Notes: generated from the sequence alone by a model not told the origin. Shown: positions 6,601 to 16,446, numbered from the stretch's first letter. The stretch is DNA of 32,000 nt from Minisyncoccota bacterium (GCA_020059585.1 JAGVBU010000005.1:1-32000), one strand, 5' to 3'. A program made the numbers and translations.

Positions 6601-7332
6601 ATGACGAAAGAAACAACACAGGATAAAAATTTGAACGGCCGGCGTATTGCAACGGTGCTTCATGACGCGGGAGGAAAAAACATCGTCATCTTTTGTCACG
6701 GATTCCATGGAACGAACATCGGCCCGAGCCGTTTCTTTGTGAGAACGGCGCGCCGGCTGGCAGAGAGGGGAATATCCTCGCTTCGCTTCGATCAGTATGG
6801 AAGCGGCAATTCGGAGGGTGATTTTCTTGATTCACGATTTTCGGATTGGGTGAAAATGATACAAACAATTGCCGAGGACTATATGAAAAACGGCTACAGA
6901 GTGGCGCTTTTCGGTCAGAGTATGGGAGGATCGGCAGCCATCGTTGCCGCCGCAGCGTTACCGAAACTTTCCGCACTCGTCGCATGGGCTCCCGATCCGA
7001 ATATCGATAAATTTGCCGGAGTGGAAGACGAGATAACTGAGGAGGGAGGACAGAGAGTGCGGACGCGGTTTTGGCAGGAAGCGCACGACGCACATGTGGC
7101 GGAAACATTTGCATTGTTGAAAGCTCCCGCGTATATCGTACAATGCACGGCCGATGCGTATGTGAACAAAGAGAACAGGGATGCGCTGATAAAAAACGCA
7201 CAGCCGCATCATAGCGTGGAGAATCTCGAGGGGTATGCGCATGCGATATGGACGTATGATCAATCAGAAGAAATAATAGAGAAAAGCGTGCGTTTTCTTG
7301 AAGAGTATCTCAAAGGAGAGAAATTGGATTAG
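6601..7332 (+). CDS. Alpha/beta-fold hydrolase
   Basis: 243 aa. Nucleophile elbow GQSMGG, an HGFHG oxyanion-region-like motif and a C-terminal H (YAHAIW). GC content is high. No SD precedes the ATG at 6601. Confidence 0.8.
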   Translation: MTKETTQDKNLNGRRIATVLHDAGGKNIVIFCHGFHGTNIGPSRFFVRTARRLAERGISSLRFDQYGSGNSEGDFLDSRFSDWVKMIQTIAEDYMKNGYRVALFGQSMGGSAAIVAAAALPKLSALVAWAPDPNIDKFAGVEDEITEEGGQRVRTRFWQEAHDAHVAETFALLKAPAYIVQCTADAYVNKENRDALIKNAQPHHSVENLEGYAHAIWTYDQSEEIIEKSVRFLEEYLKGEKLD

Positions 7333-7340
7333 TTTTCCGA

Positions 7341-7380
7341 AAAATAAAAACCCCCGAAAATAAGGGGGTTAATTTTTTTC
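7341..7380. terminator. Bidirectional terminator between convergent hydrolase and plsY genes
   Basis: Stem aaccccc (7349-7355) / gggggtt (7364-7370) with an 8-nt loop. It is followed by aattttttt on the plus strand and by tttatttt on the minus strand. Confidence 0.7.
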
Positions 7381-8016
7381 TTTCTCCCAGAAGAACCGCA
7401 CTTTGGGTTCCTCATTTCTTTTGATCCGCGAAAAGTTTTCACCGTGACGCAGATACACCACCACGGATGCGATAGCGGTGAAAAGAAGCGCGTCATGAAA
7501 AACAATGAGCGTGAGCGCGAAAACGAAGACCACCGCGCTTACCGACGCCACCGACACGTATCGCTCCATATAAAGCATCGCGAGAAACGCCGCGATTCCG
7601 CCGAAAAGGAAGAAGGGGTGCGCAAGCGCAAGGATCACGCCGATGCTTGTCGCGACTCCTTTTCCCCTGCGGATTCCGGAAAAGAGCTCGCAGGAAAATG
7701 GATTCGTATTACCAAGAAGCACCGCCACGCCGAGAAGATTCTTCAGAATCGCGCTCTCGAAAAACATACTGAGAAAGTGCACGGCAAGAAATGCCTTGCA
7801 CGCGTCGAGAATCAGCACGAGTCCGAAAAGAAAGATCTTTTCAAGCTTGTTCTTTCCCGTGCGCGCCACGTTTGTCGCGCCGATATTTCCCGAACCCTTC
7901 TTCGTGATATCCACGCCCCGTATTTTTCCTATAAGGAATCCCGAGGGTATCAATCCAATGAAAAAAGAGGCGATAAGGGAGATAAGGAACAGCAGGATGC
8001 CTGTAGGCGTATCCAT
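7369..8016 (-). CDS. plsY: Glycerol-3-phosphate acyltransferase PlsY
   Basis: GSGNIGATNVARTG motif in a multi-TM protein. Start set at the MDTPTG ATG (8016), preceded by aaaaaggagagcattt. The longer 304-aa ORF extension has no support. Confidence 0.85.
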   Translation of the reverse strand: MDTPTGILLFLISLIASFFIGLIPSGFLIGKIRGVDITKKGSGNIGATNVARTGKNKLEKIFLFGLVLILDACKAFLAVHFLSMFFESAILKNLLGVAVLLGNTNPFSCELFSGIRRGKGVATSIGVILALAHPFFLFGGIAAFLAMLYMERYVSVASVSAVVFVFALTLIVFHDALLFTAIASVVVYLRHGENFSRIKRNEEPKVRFFWEKEKN

Positions 8017-8098
8017 AAATGCTCTCCTTTTTTTATTTGCTACGCCCAGTATACACGAGGAAAAACCTATTTTCAATCGTCGTTTTTCGTGGTACAGT

Positions 8099-8632
8099 AT
8101 GGACGACATGACGAGAATACACGAGGCAAAACACAATCTTTCCGCAAAATTTTCAATTCGCGCAACAGAATGGGTGGGTACGACGAGTTCGCTTGTGGTG
8201 CATACGGTCATCTTTCTTGCCGCGCTTCTTTTGCCGTATTTCGGCCTTATTCCCGCCGATGAGGCATTCCTCATTCTCACCACGGTGGTGTCGCTTGAGG
8301 CGATCTATCTCGCGATATTCATTCAGATGACCGTAAACAGAAACAATCAGAGTCTCGCGGAGGTGGAAAAAGACATTGATGAGATTCAGGAGGACGTGGG
8401 AGAGATAGGGGAAGACATTGAGGAACTTTCTGAAGATGTGGAAGAACTCTCAGAGGACATCGATGAGATTCAGGAGGATATCGGTGAAATATCCGAAGAC
8501 ATCGATGAGATTCAGGAGGAGGACAGCGAGGATGAGGTACACGAAAAACAGGTAAATTCCGCGCTGCAAAAGATAGAGGTGAATCTTCAGCAGATTATAA
8601 ATGAGATAGAGGCCCTCAAATCGAAAAAATAG
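8099..8632 (+). CDS. DUF1003-like membrane protein with acidic repeat/coiled-coil tail
   Basis: TM segments followed by SLEAIYLAIFIQMTVNRNNQ (DUF1003-type S-x-EAI...NR), then DIDEIQED repeats. Start set at ATG 8099 (MDDMTRI), after the divergent plsY start. Confidence 0.6.
   Translation: MDDMTRIHEAKHNLSAKFSIRATEWVGTTSSLVVHTVIFLAALLLPYFGLIPADEAFLILTTVVSLEAIYLAIFIQMTVNRNNQSLAEVEKDIDEIQEDVGEIGEDIEELSEDVEELSEDIDEIQEDIGEISEDIDEIQEEDSEDEVHEKQVNSALQKIEVNLQQIINEIEALKSKK
8372..8520 (+). repeat. In-frame repeats of gacatYgatgagattcaggagga (8372, 8456, 8498), spaced 84 and 42 nt
   Basis: Read directly. They encode DIDEIQED-type acidic units inside the DUF1003-like gene. Confidence 0.8.
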
Positions 8633-8635
8633 CAC

Positions 8636-10357
8636 ATGGGAAAAGAAACGGAGCTCATTAAACAGAAGATCGACGTGGTCGATTTTCTGCGTTCATATCT
8701 TACGCTCTTCCCCGCGGGAAAAAGTTTCAAGGCGCTCTGCCCTTTCCACGCGGAAAAAACACCCTCATTTATCGTGTCGCCGGAACGGCAGACGTGGCAC
8801 TGCTTCGGATGCGGAGAGGGAGGAGATATTTTCAAATTCATCATGCGCTATGAAAATATCGAGTTTCCCGAAGCGCTCCGGTTTCTCGCGGAAAAAGCGG
8901 GGATTCCCATACGGACGATCAGCCCCACGCAACAGCGCGAATTCGGCGTGCTCTACGACATGCATGCCGACGCGGCAAAGTTTTTCAGCGACGCGCTCGA
9001 GAAACATATTCCTTCGCAGGAATATCTCGCGAAAAGAAAGCTTTCAAAAGACACCATAGAGGAATTTTCCATAGGGTTTGCTCCCGGAGACGATTCGCTC
9101 GTTCTGCATCTCATGAACAAGGGGTTTGATATTCAGGACATCTCACGGGCGGGACTCGCGTACAAGAATAACCGCGGACTGTATCGCGATCGCTTTGAAC
9201 AGCGCATCATATTTCCCATTTTCAACGCGGTGGGAAAGATCGTGGCCTTCACGGGGCGCATTATCGGTCCTGAAAGCGAAACCTCCCCGAAATACATGAA
9301 TTCACCCGAAACTCCGATATTCAATAAATCAAAGATTCTTTACGGATTCTCACACTCGAAACGCGCCATTATAGAGACCCGCACCGCCTTTCTCGTCGAG
9401 GGGCAGATGGATTTTCTCATGGCGTGGCAGTCGGGAGTGAAAAACACCATTGCCGTTTCGGGAACCGCGCTTACGAAAGATCATCTTGAGAAACTGCGCA
9501 GGATTGCTGACGCGATGGTGGTGAGTTTCGATAATGATTCCGCGGGATTCCGCGCGTTGGAACGGAGCATTGAAACTTTCGGCTCATTCGATTTTCACGT
9601 GAAAGCGGTGCACCTTGGAAAATATAAGGACCCCGCCGAGGCGTGCGAAGAGGACCCCGAATTCCTCAAGGGCGCTATACGAAACGCGGAACCGGCGCTC
9701 AAAATCCTTCTCGAGAGGTATTTCACCGAGAAAAACAGCGCGGATATCGTCCTTGTGAAGCGGATTGTCCGGCATCTGCTTGAAACGATTTCACGGATAA
9801 AAAGCCCACTCGAAAAGGAACGTTGGATAAAAGAAATGGCGAAAAAAACCGACATTCGCGAAGAGACGCTGCAGAAGGAGCTTTTTGAAATAGAGGCGCG
9901 CGGGGAAAAAAAGGAAACCGCTGAGAAAAAAGATCCTCCCAAAAAGAAAGAGGAGGCCTCGAGGATGCGTACTATATGCGAGCGCCTCGTCCTTTTGGGA
10001 TTTACTGATCCTGAGTTTTCGTCTATATTGAAAACGTCTCATTCCGACATATTTCCGGAGGAATTCCTGAAAACAATCGAGGCGGGGGAGAAAGACCCCG
10101 AAGATGAGCGCGTGGCGCTTTTGAAAATGAAAGCGACATATGAATTTTCCGGCATTCCGAAGGATGATCTTTTCAGGGAATTTAACGAGCTTATCAGGCA
10201 ATTTACGCTTGAATATCTCCGCGACGCGCTGGAAAAGAAAAGGAAGGAATTAAAAAAAGCCGCCGACGATGAGGTGATGATGAAAAAGACGGCCGATGAG
10301 TTTCATTCAATATCAAAGAAAATAAACGAATTACAAAAAAATGAAAAAAAGAAATAA
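8636..10357 (+). CDS. dnaG: DNA primase DnaG
   Basis: CHC2 zinc finger [30 protein letters not shown] and a Toprim region ([17 protein letters not shown]). Confidence 0.95.
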   Translation: MGKETELIKQKIDVVDFLRSYLTLFPAGKSFKALCPFHAEKTPSFIVSPERQTWHCFGCGEGGDIFKFIMRYENIEFPEALRFLAEKAGIPIRTISPTQQREFGVLYDMHADAAKFFSDALEKHIPSQEYLAKRKLSKDTIEEFSIGFAPGDDSLVLHLMNKGFDIQDISRAGLAYKNNRGLYRDRFEQRIIFPIFNAVGKIVAFTGRIIGPESETSPKYMNSPETPIFNKSKILYGFSHSKRAIIETRTAFLVEGQMDFLMAWQSGVKNTIAVSGTALTKDHLEKLRRIADAMVVSFDNDSAGFRALERSIETFGSFDFHVKAVHLGKYKDPAEACEEDPEFLKGAIRNAEPALKILLERYFTEKNSADIVLVKRIVRHLLETISRIKSPLEKERWIKEMAKKTDIREETLQKELFEIEARGEKKETAEKKDPPKKKEEASRMRTICERLVLLGFTDPEFSSILKTSHSDIFPEEFLKTIEAGEKDPEDERVALLKMKATYEFSGIPKDDLFREFNELIRQFTLEYLRDALEKKRKELKKAADDEVMMKKTADEFHSISKKINELQKNEKKK

Positions 10358-11522
10358 AGGAAAGAAGCCGGAACAAAAAACAAAAAAGGCGCGCGCGGTA
10401 AAAAAATCTCCCGTGAGGAAAAAAAGCGCAAAGGAACTTGGATTGGAGCAGGAATTTGCGGATCGCCTTGGAGAACTCATCACGCGGGGACGCGTGCGAA
10501 GTTTTGTCACCGACGCGGAGGTATTGAATTATTTTCCTGATATCGAAAAAAACCTTTCTTTTCTTGAGAAAATATACGATCGCCTCGAGAAGGAGGGGAT
10601 AAAGGTGCAAAGCGCGACTACCGCGTTTACAAAAAAGGAAACGGACGAGATTTCCGCCGATGAGCTTAAGGACGCGACGCGTATCGACCAGAATCTTCCC
10701 GACGCGGTGCAGATGTATCTCAAGGAAATCGGACGAACGCCTCTTTTAAATTCGAAAGAGGAAAAGGAACTCGCGAAAAGAATCGAACAGCAGGATGAGG
10801 CGGCGAGAAAGAAACTCATTCAAGCAAACCTCCGTCTTGTTGTTTCCATCGCGAAACGATACGTGAACCGAAGCCCCCATCTTTCCATTCTTGATCTTAT
10901 TCAGGAAGGGAACATAGGATTGTCGCGCGCGGTGGATAAATTCGACTACCACAAGGGATTCAAATTCTCGACTTACGCAACATGGTGGATTCGTCAGGCA
11001 ATCACGCGCGCGCTTGCCGACTATTCACGCACCATCCGCATTCCGGTGCACATGGTGGAAACCATCACGAAATATACGCAGGTGAAACGCCGTCTTATGC
11101 AGGAACTTGGGCGGGAAGCGCTCCCCGAGGAGATCGCGACCGAAATGGGAATGCCTGTTGAGAAGATTCACTATATTCAGAAGATTTCGCAGGAGGTCAT
11201 CTCGCTCGAAGCCCCCGTGGGGGACGATGATGAGGACTCCATGCTCTCCGATTTCATTAAAGACGAACAGAGCATGAGCCCCGATCAGCTCGCGAACCAC
11301 GCGCTCCTCAGGGATTACATAAGAGAAATACTCGTTGATCTCACGGAGCGGGAACAGAAAATCCTCGCGATGCGCTTTGGACTCGACGACAACATTTCCC
11401 ACACGCTTGAGGAAGTGGGGAAGGTGTTTGGCGTCACCCGCGAACGCATCCGGCAGATCGAGGCGAAGGCGCTTGAAAAGATACGGGGACATCACAAGAT
11501 AAAGAAATTGGAGGGATACTGA
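10341..11522 (+). CDS. rpoD: RNA polymerase sigma-70 family primary sigma factor
   Basis: Region 2 [13 protein letters not shown], region 3 and region 4.2 [24 protein letters not shown]. It overlaps the dnaG end by 17 nt. Confidence 0.95.
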   Translation: MKKRNKGKKPEQKTKKARAVKKSPVRKKSAKELGLEQEFADRLGELITRGRVRSFVTDAEVLNYFPDIEKNLSFLEKIYDRLEKEGIKVQSATTAFTKKETDEISADELKDATRIDQNLPDAVQMYLKEIGRTPLLNSKEEKELAKRIEQQDEAARKKLIQANLRLVVSIAKRYVNRSPHLSILDLIQEGNIGLSRAVDKFDYHKGFKFSTYATWWIRQAITRALADYSRTIRIPVHMVETITKYTQVKRRLMQELGREALPEEIATEMGMPVEKIHYIQKISQEVISLEAPVGDDDEDSMLSDFIKDEQSMSPDQLANHALLRDYIREILVDLTEREQKILAMRFGLDDNISHTLEEVGKVFGVTRERIRQIEAKALEKIRGHHKIKKLEGY

Positions 11523-11524
11523 TG

Positions 11525-11556
11525 AAAAAGCCACCGATTGGTGGCTTGTTAATTTT
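11525..11556 (+). terminator. Terminator hairpin after rpoD
   Basis: Stem agccacc (11529-11535) / ggtggct (11540-11546) with loop gatt, followed by tgttaatttt. Confidence 0.5.
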
Positions 11557-11578
11557 CAATTCACAATTTTCAATTTTT
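11551..11578. repeat. Tandem 14-mers aattttcaattcac / aattttcaattttt, related to 6456-6483
   Basis: Read directly. They sit immediately after the rpoD terminator, about 125 nt upstream of alaS. Confidence 0.7.
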
Positions 11579-11704
11579 AAATAATATCCAAGTTTTTGAT
11601 TTTTAAATGCAGAACAGAACCCGCGAGATGCGGGGATTGTGGTGAGTCAAGATTCTTTCAAAGCGGAATAAAATCCTTTAAAATAGACATATACGCAATT
11701 ATTT

Positions 11705-13471
11705 ATGAGAACCACAAAGGAGATTCGAGAACTTTATCTCGACTTTTTCAAATCAAAGGGGCACACGGTCATTTCTTCCGCATCACTTATTCCGGAAAAT
11801 GACTCAACGGTGCTTTTCACGACCGCGGGAATGCATCCTTTGGTTCCTTTTCTTCTGGGCGAGAAGCATCCCGGCGGGAACAAGCTTGCCTCATGCCAGA
11901 AATGCATCCGCACGGGGGATATTGATGAGGTAGGGGACGCGACACATCTCACGTTCTTTGAAATGCTCGGGAACTGGTCGCTCGGCGACTACTTCAAGAG
12001 AGAGGCGATCGAGATGAGCTTGGAATTTCTCACATCACCCGATTGGCTCGGACTCGATAAAAACCTTATCGCGGTATCCGTGTTCGAAGGCGATGCCGAC
12101 GCGCCGTTCGACAGCGAGGCGTTCGAAATATGGAGGTCGGTCGGAATTCCCGAGAAGCGCATCGCGAAACTTCCGAAAAAAAATAACTGGTGGGGACCCG
12201 CCGGAGAAACGGGGCCCTGCGGACCCGACACGGAAATGTTCTATTGGACGGGGAAACCGGAGGAGGTTCCCGAATCTTTTCACGACGATAACGAACTCTG
12301 GGTGGAAATCTGGAACGACGTCTTCATGCAATATAACAAGACGAGGGAGGGGATGTACGAACCACTTGTACAGAAGAATGTTGATACCGGCATGGGACTT
12401 GAGAGGACGGTCGCGGTGATGAATGCGTGCGACATATATCTCATTAATACAATGAGGCCGATAATCGAGGAGATCGAGAAACTCTCGGAGAAAAAATACA
12501 GCGAGGGCGGGAAGAGTACGCGTTCCATGCGCGTCATTGCCGACCATATCCGCGCCGCAACGTTTATTCTGGGAGATGAGAGGGGAGTTCTTCCCTCAAA
12601 CGTAGGACAGGGATATGTGCTTCGTCGCCTTATTCGGCGCGCGGTGCGTCACGGGAGACTTCTCGGCATCGAGGGGAAGTTTACGAAAAATATCGCTGAA
12701 AAGGTTATAGAAACTTTAAAAGATACCTATCCCGAACTCAAAAAGAACAGAGAACATACTTTGGGGGAAATAGAGAGAGAGGAGGAAAGATTTGCCACGG
12801 CACTTGATAAGGGAATGAAAGAATTTGAAAGACTTTCAAACATAGACGGAAAAATCGCGTTCGATCTCTATCAGTCATACGGTTTTCCGATAGAGCTCAC
12901 GGAGGAGCTTTCCAAAGAGCGGGGATTTGTAATCAACAAAAATGAATTCGAAAGCGAATTCAAAAAACATCAGGAGCTTTCCCGCACCGCGTCAGCGGGG
13001 GCATTCAAGGGAGGACTCGCCGATCATTCGGATGAGGTGGTGAAATATCACACCGCAACGCATTTGCTTCACAAAGCGCTCCGCGAGGTGCTCGGCGACC
13101 ACATTGAGCAAAAGGGGAGCAATCTCACGGCGGAGCGTTTGAGATTCGATTTTTCTCATCCGCAAAAAGTGACCCCCGAAGAGATAAAGAAAGTTGAGGC
13201 GCGGGTAAATGAAATCATACACAAAGATCTTCCCGTGAAGTTTGAGATGCTTACCGTAGAAGAAGCGAAAAAAAAGGGAGCAATAGGATTATTCGAGGAA
13301 AAATACAAAAGCATCGGAGAAAAAGTGAAGGTGTATTTTGTGGGAGATTATTCCGCGGAAATCTGCGGAGGTCCCCACGTTGAACACACGGGACAAATCG
13401 GGGCATTTACAATTACGAAAGAGGAGGCGGTGGCGGCAGGAGTGAGGCGCATCAAAGCCGTGGTATCTTAA
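11705..13471 (+). CDS. alaS: Alanine--tRNA ligase, compact form (588 aa)
   Basis: N-terminus IRELYLDFFKSKGHTVISSASLIPENDSTVLFTTAGMHPLVPF. Editing-domain HTATHLLHKAL and CGGPHV motifs are present. The protein ends at GVRRIKAVVS. Confidence 0.9.
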   Translation: MRTTKEIRELYLDFFKSKGHTVISSASLIPENDSTVLFTTAGMHPLVPFLLGEKHPGGNKLASCQKCIRTGDIDEVGDATHLTFFEMLGNWSLGDYFKREAIEMSLEFLTSPDWLGLDKNLIAVSVFEGDADAPFDSEAFEIWRSVGIPEKRIAKLPKKNNWWGPAGETGPCGPDTEMFYWTGKPEEVPESFHDDNELWVEIWNDVFMQYNKTREGMYEPLVQKNVDTGMGLERTVAVMNACDIYLINTMRPIIEEIEKLSEKKYSEGGKSTRSMRVIADHIRAATFILGDERGVLPSNVGQGYVLRRLIRRAVRHGRLLGIEGKFTKNIAEKVIETLKDTYPELKKNREHTLGEIEREEERFATALDKGMKEFERLSNIDGKIAFDLYQSYGFPIELTEELSKERGFVINKNEFESEFKKHQELSRTASAGAFKGGLADHSDEVVKYHTATHLLHKALREVLGDHIEQKGSNLTAERLRFDFSHPQKVTPEEIKKVEARVNEIIHKDLPVKFEMLTVEEAKKKGAIGLFEEKYKSIGEKVKVYFVGDYSAEICGGPHVEHTGQIGAFTITKEEAVAAGVRRIKAVVS

Positions 13472-13493
13472 TGCGCGTGATATACTGATAAAA

Positions 13494-14657
13494 ATGGCAT
13501 CACGAATCATCAGTTTCATACGAAATATCCCGTCGTTCTTCCGGCGGAAAAAGCATTTCATCCTCGTGCAGGAAGACGAAGGTTCGGTGAGTATCACTGA
13601 AGCGCGCGTCTCAGAAACGGAAAAAACCATCACCATCACGAATGTAGTATCCGGAGAGTCGCTCGGGGAATTCACGCGCCCGCTTTTCAAAGCTGACTTC
13701 CTTGTATACGCGTTGCACGGGAAGAACGCGACCACGATACAAAATACGGTTCATATATTCCGCACCAATCCCGAAGAAAAAATAACCGAGGAGGAATTTG
13801 AACAGCTTATTTTCCGCGGTCTCTGGGAATATCTCAATGAATATCGCGGATTTTCCGCGAAAAAAATGGGATCGAATGAAACTGACACGGTGCTTTTTGA
13901 CATTTCAATCGCGGAACTCTCGCTGGATGGACACGTTGTCGTGAGTCCCGTAGGCATCACGGGGAAAAAACTTTCCGTCCGTCTGCGCGGAACATTTCTC
14001 ACAAGGAAAAAAATCGAGGACACGCGGGCATTCGCGAATTGGGCGAATGCGGTGATCCCCGTCGAAGCGAACGGAATCCTTTCGGTGTTTCTTTCGGGAG
14101 AAAGAGATACCGCGTTTTTCTGCGGAGAAAAAAGAAGTGAGGCGTTTCACGCGAGAAAAGACAGGACTCTTTACGCAGGAGACATCCAATGGAGTCTTTC
14201 TCAGGTGATAAAGGAGATTCAAAAAGATCTTTCCGTGGATGAGACAAACGCAAAGGATATATTCAAGACATTCACGAAGGGGCGCGTGTCGCCTTCCTTT
14301 TCAAACTTTATCGAAAGGATATTCTCAAAAAATATGAGGGAATTTCTCGCGTCCGTGAACGATGCGGCAAAAAAACAGGGCCGCGCGCACGCGCCCACCA
14401 TTCACCTTGTTTTTTCTATCCCCATGCCCCCCGAAGAACGCTGGCTTAAAAATACCGGAAGATTTAAAATTAATTCACTGGAGGAAAAATTCAGAGATGC
14501 CGGATTTAGAATTGAACACAAGGAAGGGCAGGAATGCGATCTCCGAACCTCCATTCTTGTCGCGTGTCCCGCGCTTTTTTCGAGAAACGACAAGGCAAAC
14601 AAACTGCTTTTGCATCGCGCGAAATGGCTTATAGATCCGATGTATAAAAACACATGA
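13494..14657 (+). CDS. Hypothetical protein (387 aa)
   Basis: Long ORF with host-like composition, and its stop overlaps the next start (ATGA at 14654-14657). I recognised no motif with confidence, and any FtsA/PilM-like resemblance is too weak to call. Confidence 0.6.
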   Translation: MASRIISFIRNIPSFFRRKKHFILVQEDEGSVSITEARVSETEKTITITNVVSGESLGEFTRPLFKADFLVYALHGKNATTIQNTVHIFRTNPEEKITEEEFEQLIFRGLWEYLNEYRGFSAKKMGSNETDTVLFDISIAELSLDGHVVVSPVGITGKKLSVRLRGTFLTRKKIEDTRAFANWANAVIPVEANGILSVFLSGERDTAFFCGEKRSEAFHARKDRTLYAGDIQWSLSQVIKEIQKDLSVDETNAKDIFKTFTKGRVSPSFSNFIERIFSKNMREFLASVNDAAKKQGRAHAPTIHLVFSIPMPPEERWLKNTGRFKINSLEEKFRDAGFRIEHKEGQECDLRTSILVACPALFSRNDKANKLLLHRAKWLIDPMYKNT

Positions 14658-16363
14658 AAACAGAAAAAAAATTCTTTCTTGATCCCATAGACGGATTGGA
14701 GGTTGCTAAGGAGTGCATTGCCGATTCCGAGGGATCGCTCGCGATACTGAATATTCCCAAAGATTCGGTGCTCAACGCTTCCGCGCAGAATTTTAAGGAG
14801 ATAAAAAAAATCGCGGGAAAGGAACATAAAGAAATTGTCATAGAATCTCCCGATGAACGAGTGCTTGAATTCGCCGAAATCGCGGGGATTCGCACGGTGA
14901 ACACCTCGTATCGCTCCCGCGAGCGCGCCGTATCAGACATACTTCCCGCGGGACGAAAAATGACACACTCTTTTCCGGAAAAACCGCAGGAGGATGAGTA
15001 TGTTCCCGCGTCTCCCGAAGAAAAGAAAAGACCTGATATCTCGATAATATTTGAAAAGAAACAAGAAGCGGAAGAAAGGAAAAAACGCAGTGAAGAGAAG
15101 GGGAAAAGTCTGCGTTTCTTTTCACGGAGAAAAAAAGAAAAGAAAGAACCTGAAGAAGCCACGTCCTTCGAAGAAGAGGTGAGGGAAATCAAAGAGAAAA
15201 AAAGAGGAAAGCGGAAAACCCGCACGATTATTTTTCTATCTTTTGTGGCGGTGATTCTTCTTGGTATATGGGCATCAATCACATTTCTTCCAAAAGCCAC
15301 CGTGATACTCACGCTGAAAAAAGTTTCCGTTCCATTTGAGGAAACGCTTGTCGTTTCGGTTACGGCAACGTCTCCGATTACGACGGATAAAGAAAAAACA
15401 ACGATTCCGGGAGAGTTGATATCCGCAAAGAAGAACATGCTTCTTGAATTCGAGGCGGAAACGCGTGAGGAGGTTTCATACAAGGCGAAAGGAACGCTCA
15501 TCGTCTCAAACGCATATAGCACCTCGCCCCAAACGCTTGTTGCCACTACGCGTTTTGAATCTCCCGACGGAAAAATATTCCGTCTTGATGAAAAAACAAC
15601 GATTCCGGGGGCGAAAATCTCCGCGGGAAAAATCACGCCTTCTTCCGCAGAGGTGAAAGTAACCGCCGATGCGGCGGGTGAGGAGTGGAATCTTCCTCCC
15701 ACAAAGAATTGGAAGATCCCCGGATTCAAAGGTACTCCCCGATATGACGCGTTTATCGTAGAAAACACAAGAGCAATGAGCGGGGGATTCGTGGGAGAGG
15801 CGCCCGTCATTTCCGACGCGCAAAAAGAATCAGCGGAAAAAAACGCGCAACAATCCCTCAAAGACGTCCTGAATGGAGAAATGTTTGTGCTTATGTCGGA
15901 TGATTTCAAACTTCTTCCGGAAGCGGAACGTTTCGAAATAATAAAGAGTGAGTTTCAGACGATACGCGATGCCCCCAACAAACTTGGAATATTCGTTGAG
16001 GGAGAAATGAAACGGATTGTCTTTGAGGCGCAGACCGCGGAAGACGCGCTTTTCAGAAAATACGGATCATCATATATCGAAGAAGGATACACCGCGCTTC
16101 AAAATTTTGAGATTGAGTACGGAACATCAACGCTTGATCTTGTGAATAAAACAATCAGCGTCCCCATACGTGGATCCATTACCTATACATTCGATCTGGA
16201 ACAGGAATCCCTTAAGGAAGAATTCAAGGGAAAGGAGGACGCGGAACTGAGAAGAATAATTTTTTCTCTCCCCGGAATTGAAAACGCCACGATATCCCTT
16301 TGGCCATTCTGGGTGAATCGCGTTCCTGATAGCGCGCGCCGACTTTTGGTGGAAATCAAATAG
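14654..16363 (+). CDS. Hypothetical single-pass membrane protein with large extracytoplasmic domain (possibly Baseplate_J-like, tentative)
   Basis: 569 aa. Cytoplasmic N-domain, K/E-rich linker, TM TRTIIFLSFVAVILLGIWASITFL, then a beta-rich domain with repeated TTIPG...K motifs. Confidence 0.65.
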   Translation: MKTEKKFFLDPIDGLEVAKECIADSEGSLAILNIPKDSVLNASAQNFKEIKKIAGKEHKEIVIESPDERVLEFAEIAGIRTVNTSYRSRERAVSDILPAGRKMTHSFPEKPQEDEYVPASPEEKKRPDISIIFEKKQEAEERKKRSEEKGKSLRFFSRRKKEKKEPEEATSFEEEVREIKEKKRGKRKTRTIIFLSFVAVILLGIWASITFLPKATVILTLKKVSVPFEETLVVSVTATSPITTDKEKTTIPGELISAKKNMLLEFEAETREEVSYKAKGTLIVSNAYSTSPQTLVATTRFESPDGKIFRLDEKTTIPGAKISAGKITPSSAEVKVTADAAGEEWNLPPTKNWKIPGFKGTPRYDAFIVENTRAMSGGFVGEAPVISDAQKESAEKNAQQSLKDVLNGEMFVLMSDDFKLLPEAERFEIIKSEFQTIRDAPNKLGIFVEGEMKRIVFEAQTAEDALFRKYGSSYIEEGYTALQNFEIEYGTSTLDLVNKTISVPIRGSITYTFDLEQESLKEEFKGKEDAELRRIIFSLPGIENATISLWPFWVNRVPDSARRLLVEIK

Positions 16364-16407
16364 AATCTTAAATACGCGATCGGGCCGCGGGTGCGGCATT
16401 GTTCGAT

Positions 16408-16436
16408 TTGTCAGAGAAAAAAAGAGGATATATAAT
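16408..16436 (+). promoter_or_regulatory. Near-consensus sigma-70 promoter TTGTCA-N17-TATAAT upstream of the S41 protease gene
   Basis: TTGTCA at 16408-16413, a 17-nt spacer, TATAAT at 16431-16436, and the ATG at 16447, only 10 nt after the -10. Confidence 0.45.
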
Positions 16437-16446
16437 ATACATTACA

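Noticed and set aside
7444-8283. Long ORFs overlapping plsY (7444..8262 plus strand; the 5' part of 7643..8632 plus strand) and the 89-codon N-terminal extension of the plsY ORF
   Set aside because: The translations are Arg/His/Ser-rich with no motifs and lie antisense to the clear PlsY frame. The DUF1003-like similarity only begins after ATG 8099, and the PlsY similarity begins at ATG 8016, which has an aggag SD.
11596-11704. 68-aa ORF (11596..11802) and the small hairpin cccgc-gagat-gcggg upstream of alaS, considered as a T-box or leader peptide
   Set aside because: I could not find a T-box consensus, specifier-loop architecture or terminator/antiterminator pair. The ORF overlaps the alaS start out of frame and has no motifs.
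14629-15909. 426-aa minus-strand ORF
   Set aside because: It lies antisense to the 569-aa membrane protein gene. It is Ser/Phe-rich, the mirror of a K/E-rich coding strand, and has no start context or motifs.
16399-16446. Alternative upstream starts reported by the ORF track (TTG 16399 for the S41 protease; also 29990 for ftsW, 22165 for the HNH-like gene, 27665 TTG for gltX, 31874 TTG for the cupredoxin-like gene)
   Set aside because: In each case a downstream ATG gives a better N-terminus (signal/TM segment or family-typical start). It also gives a better SD or a stop-start overlap with the upstream gene, and it avoids long overlaps.
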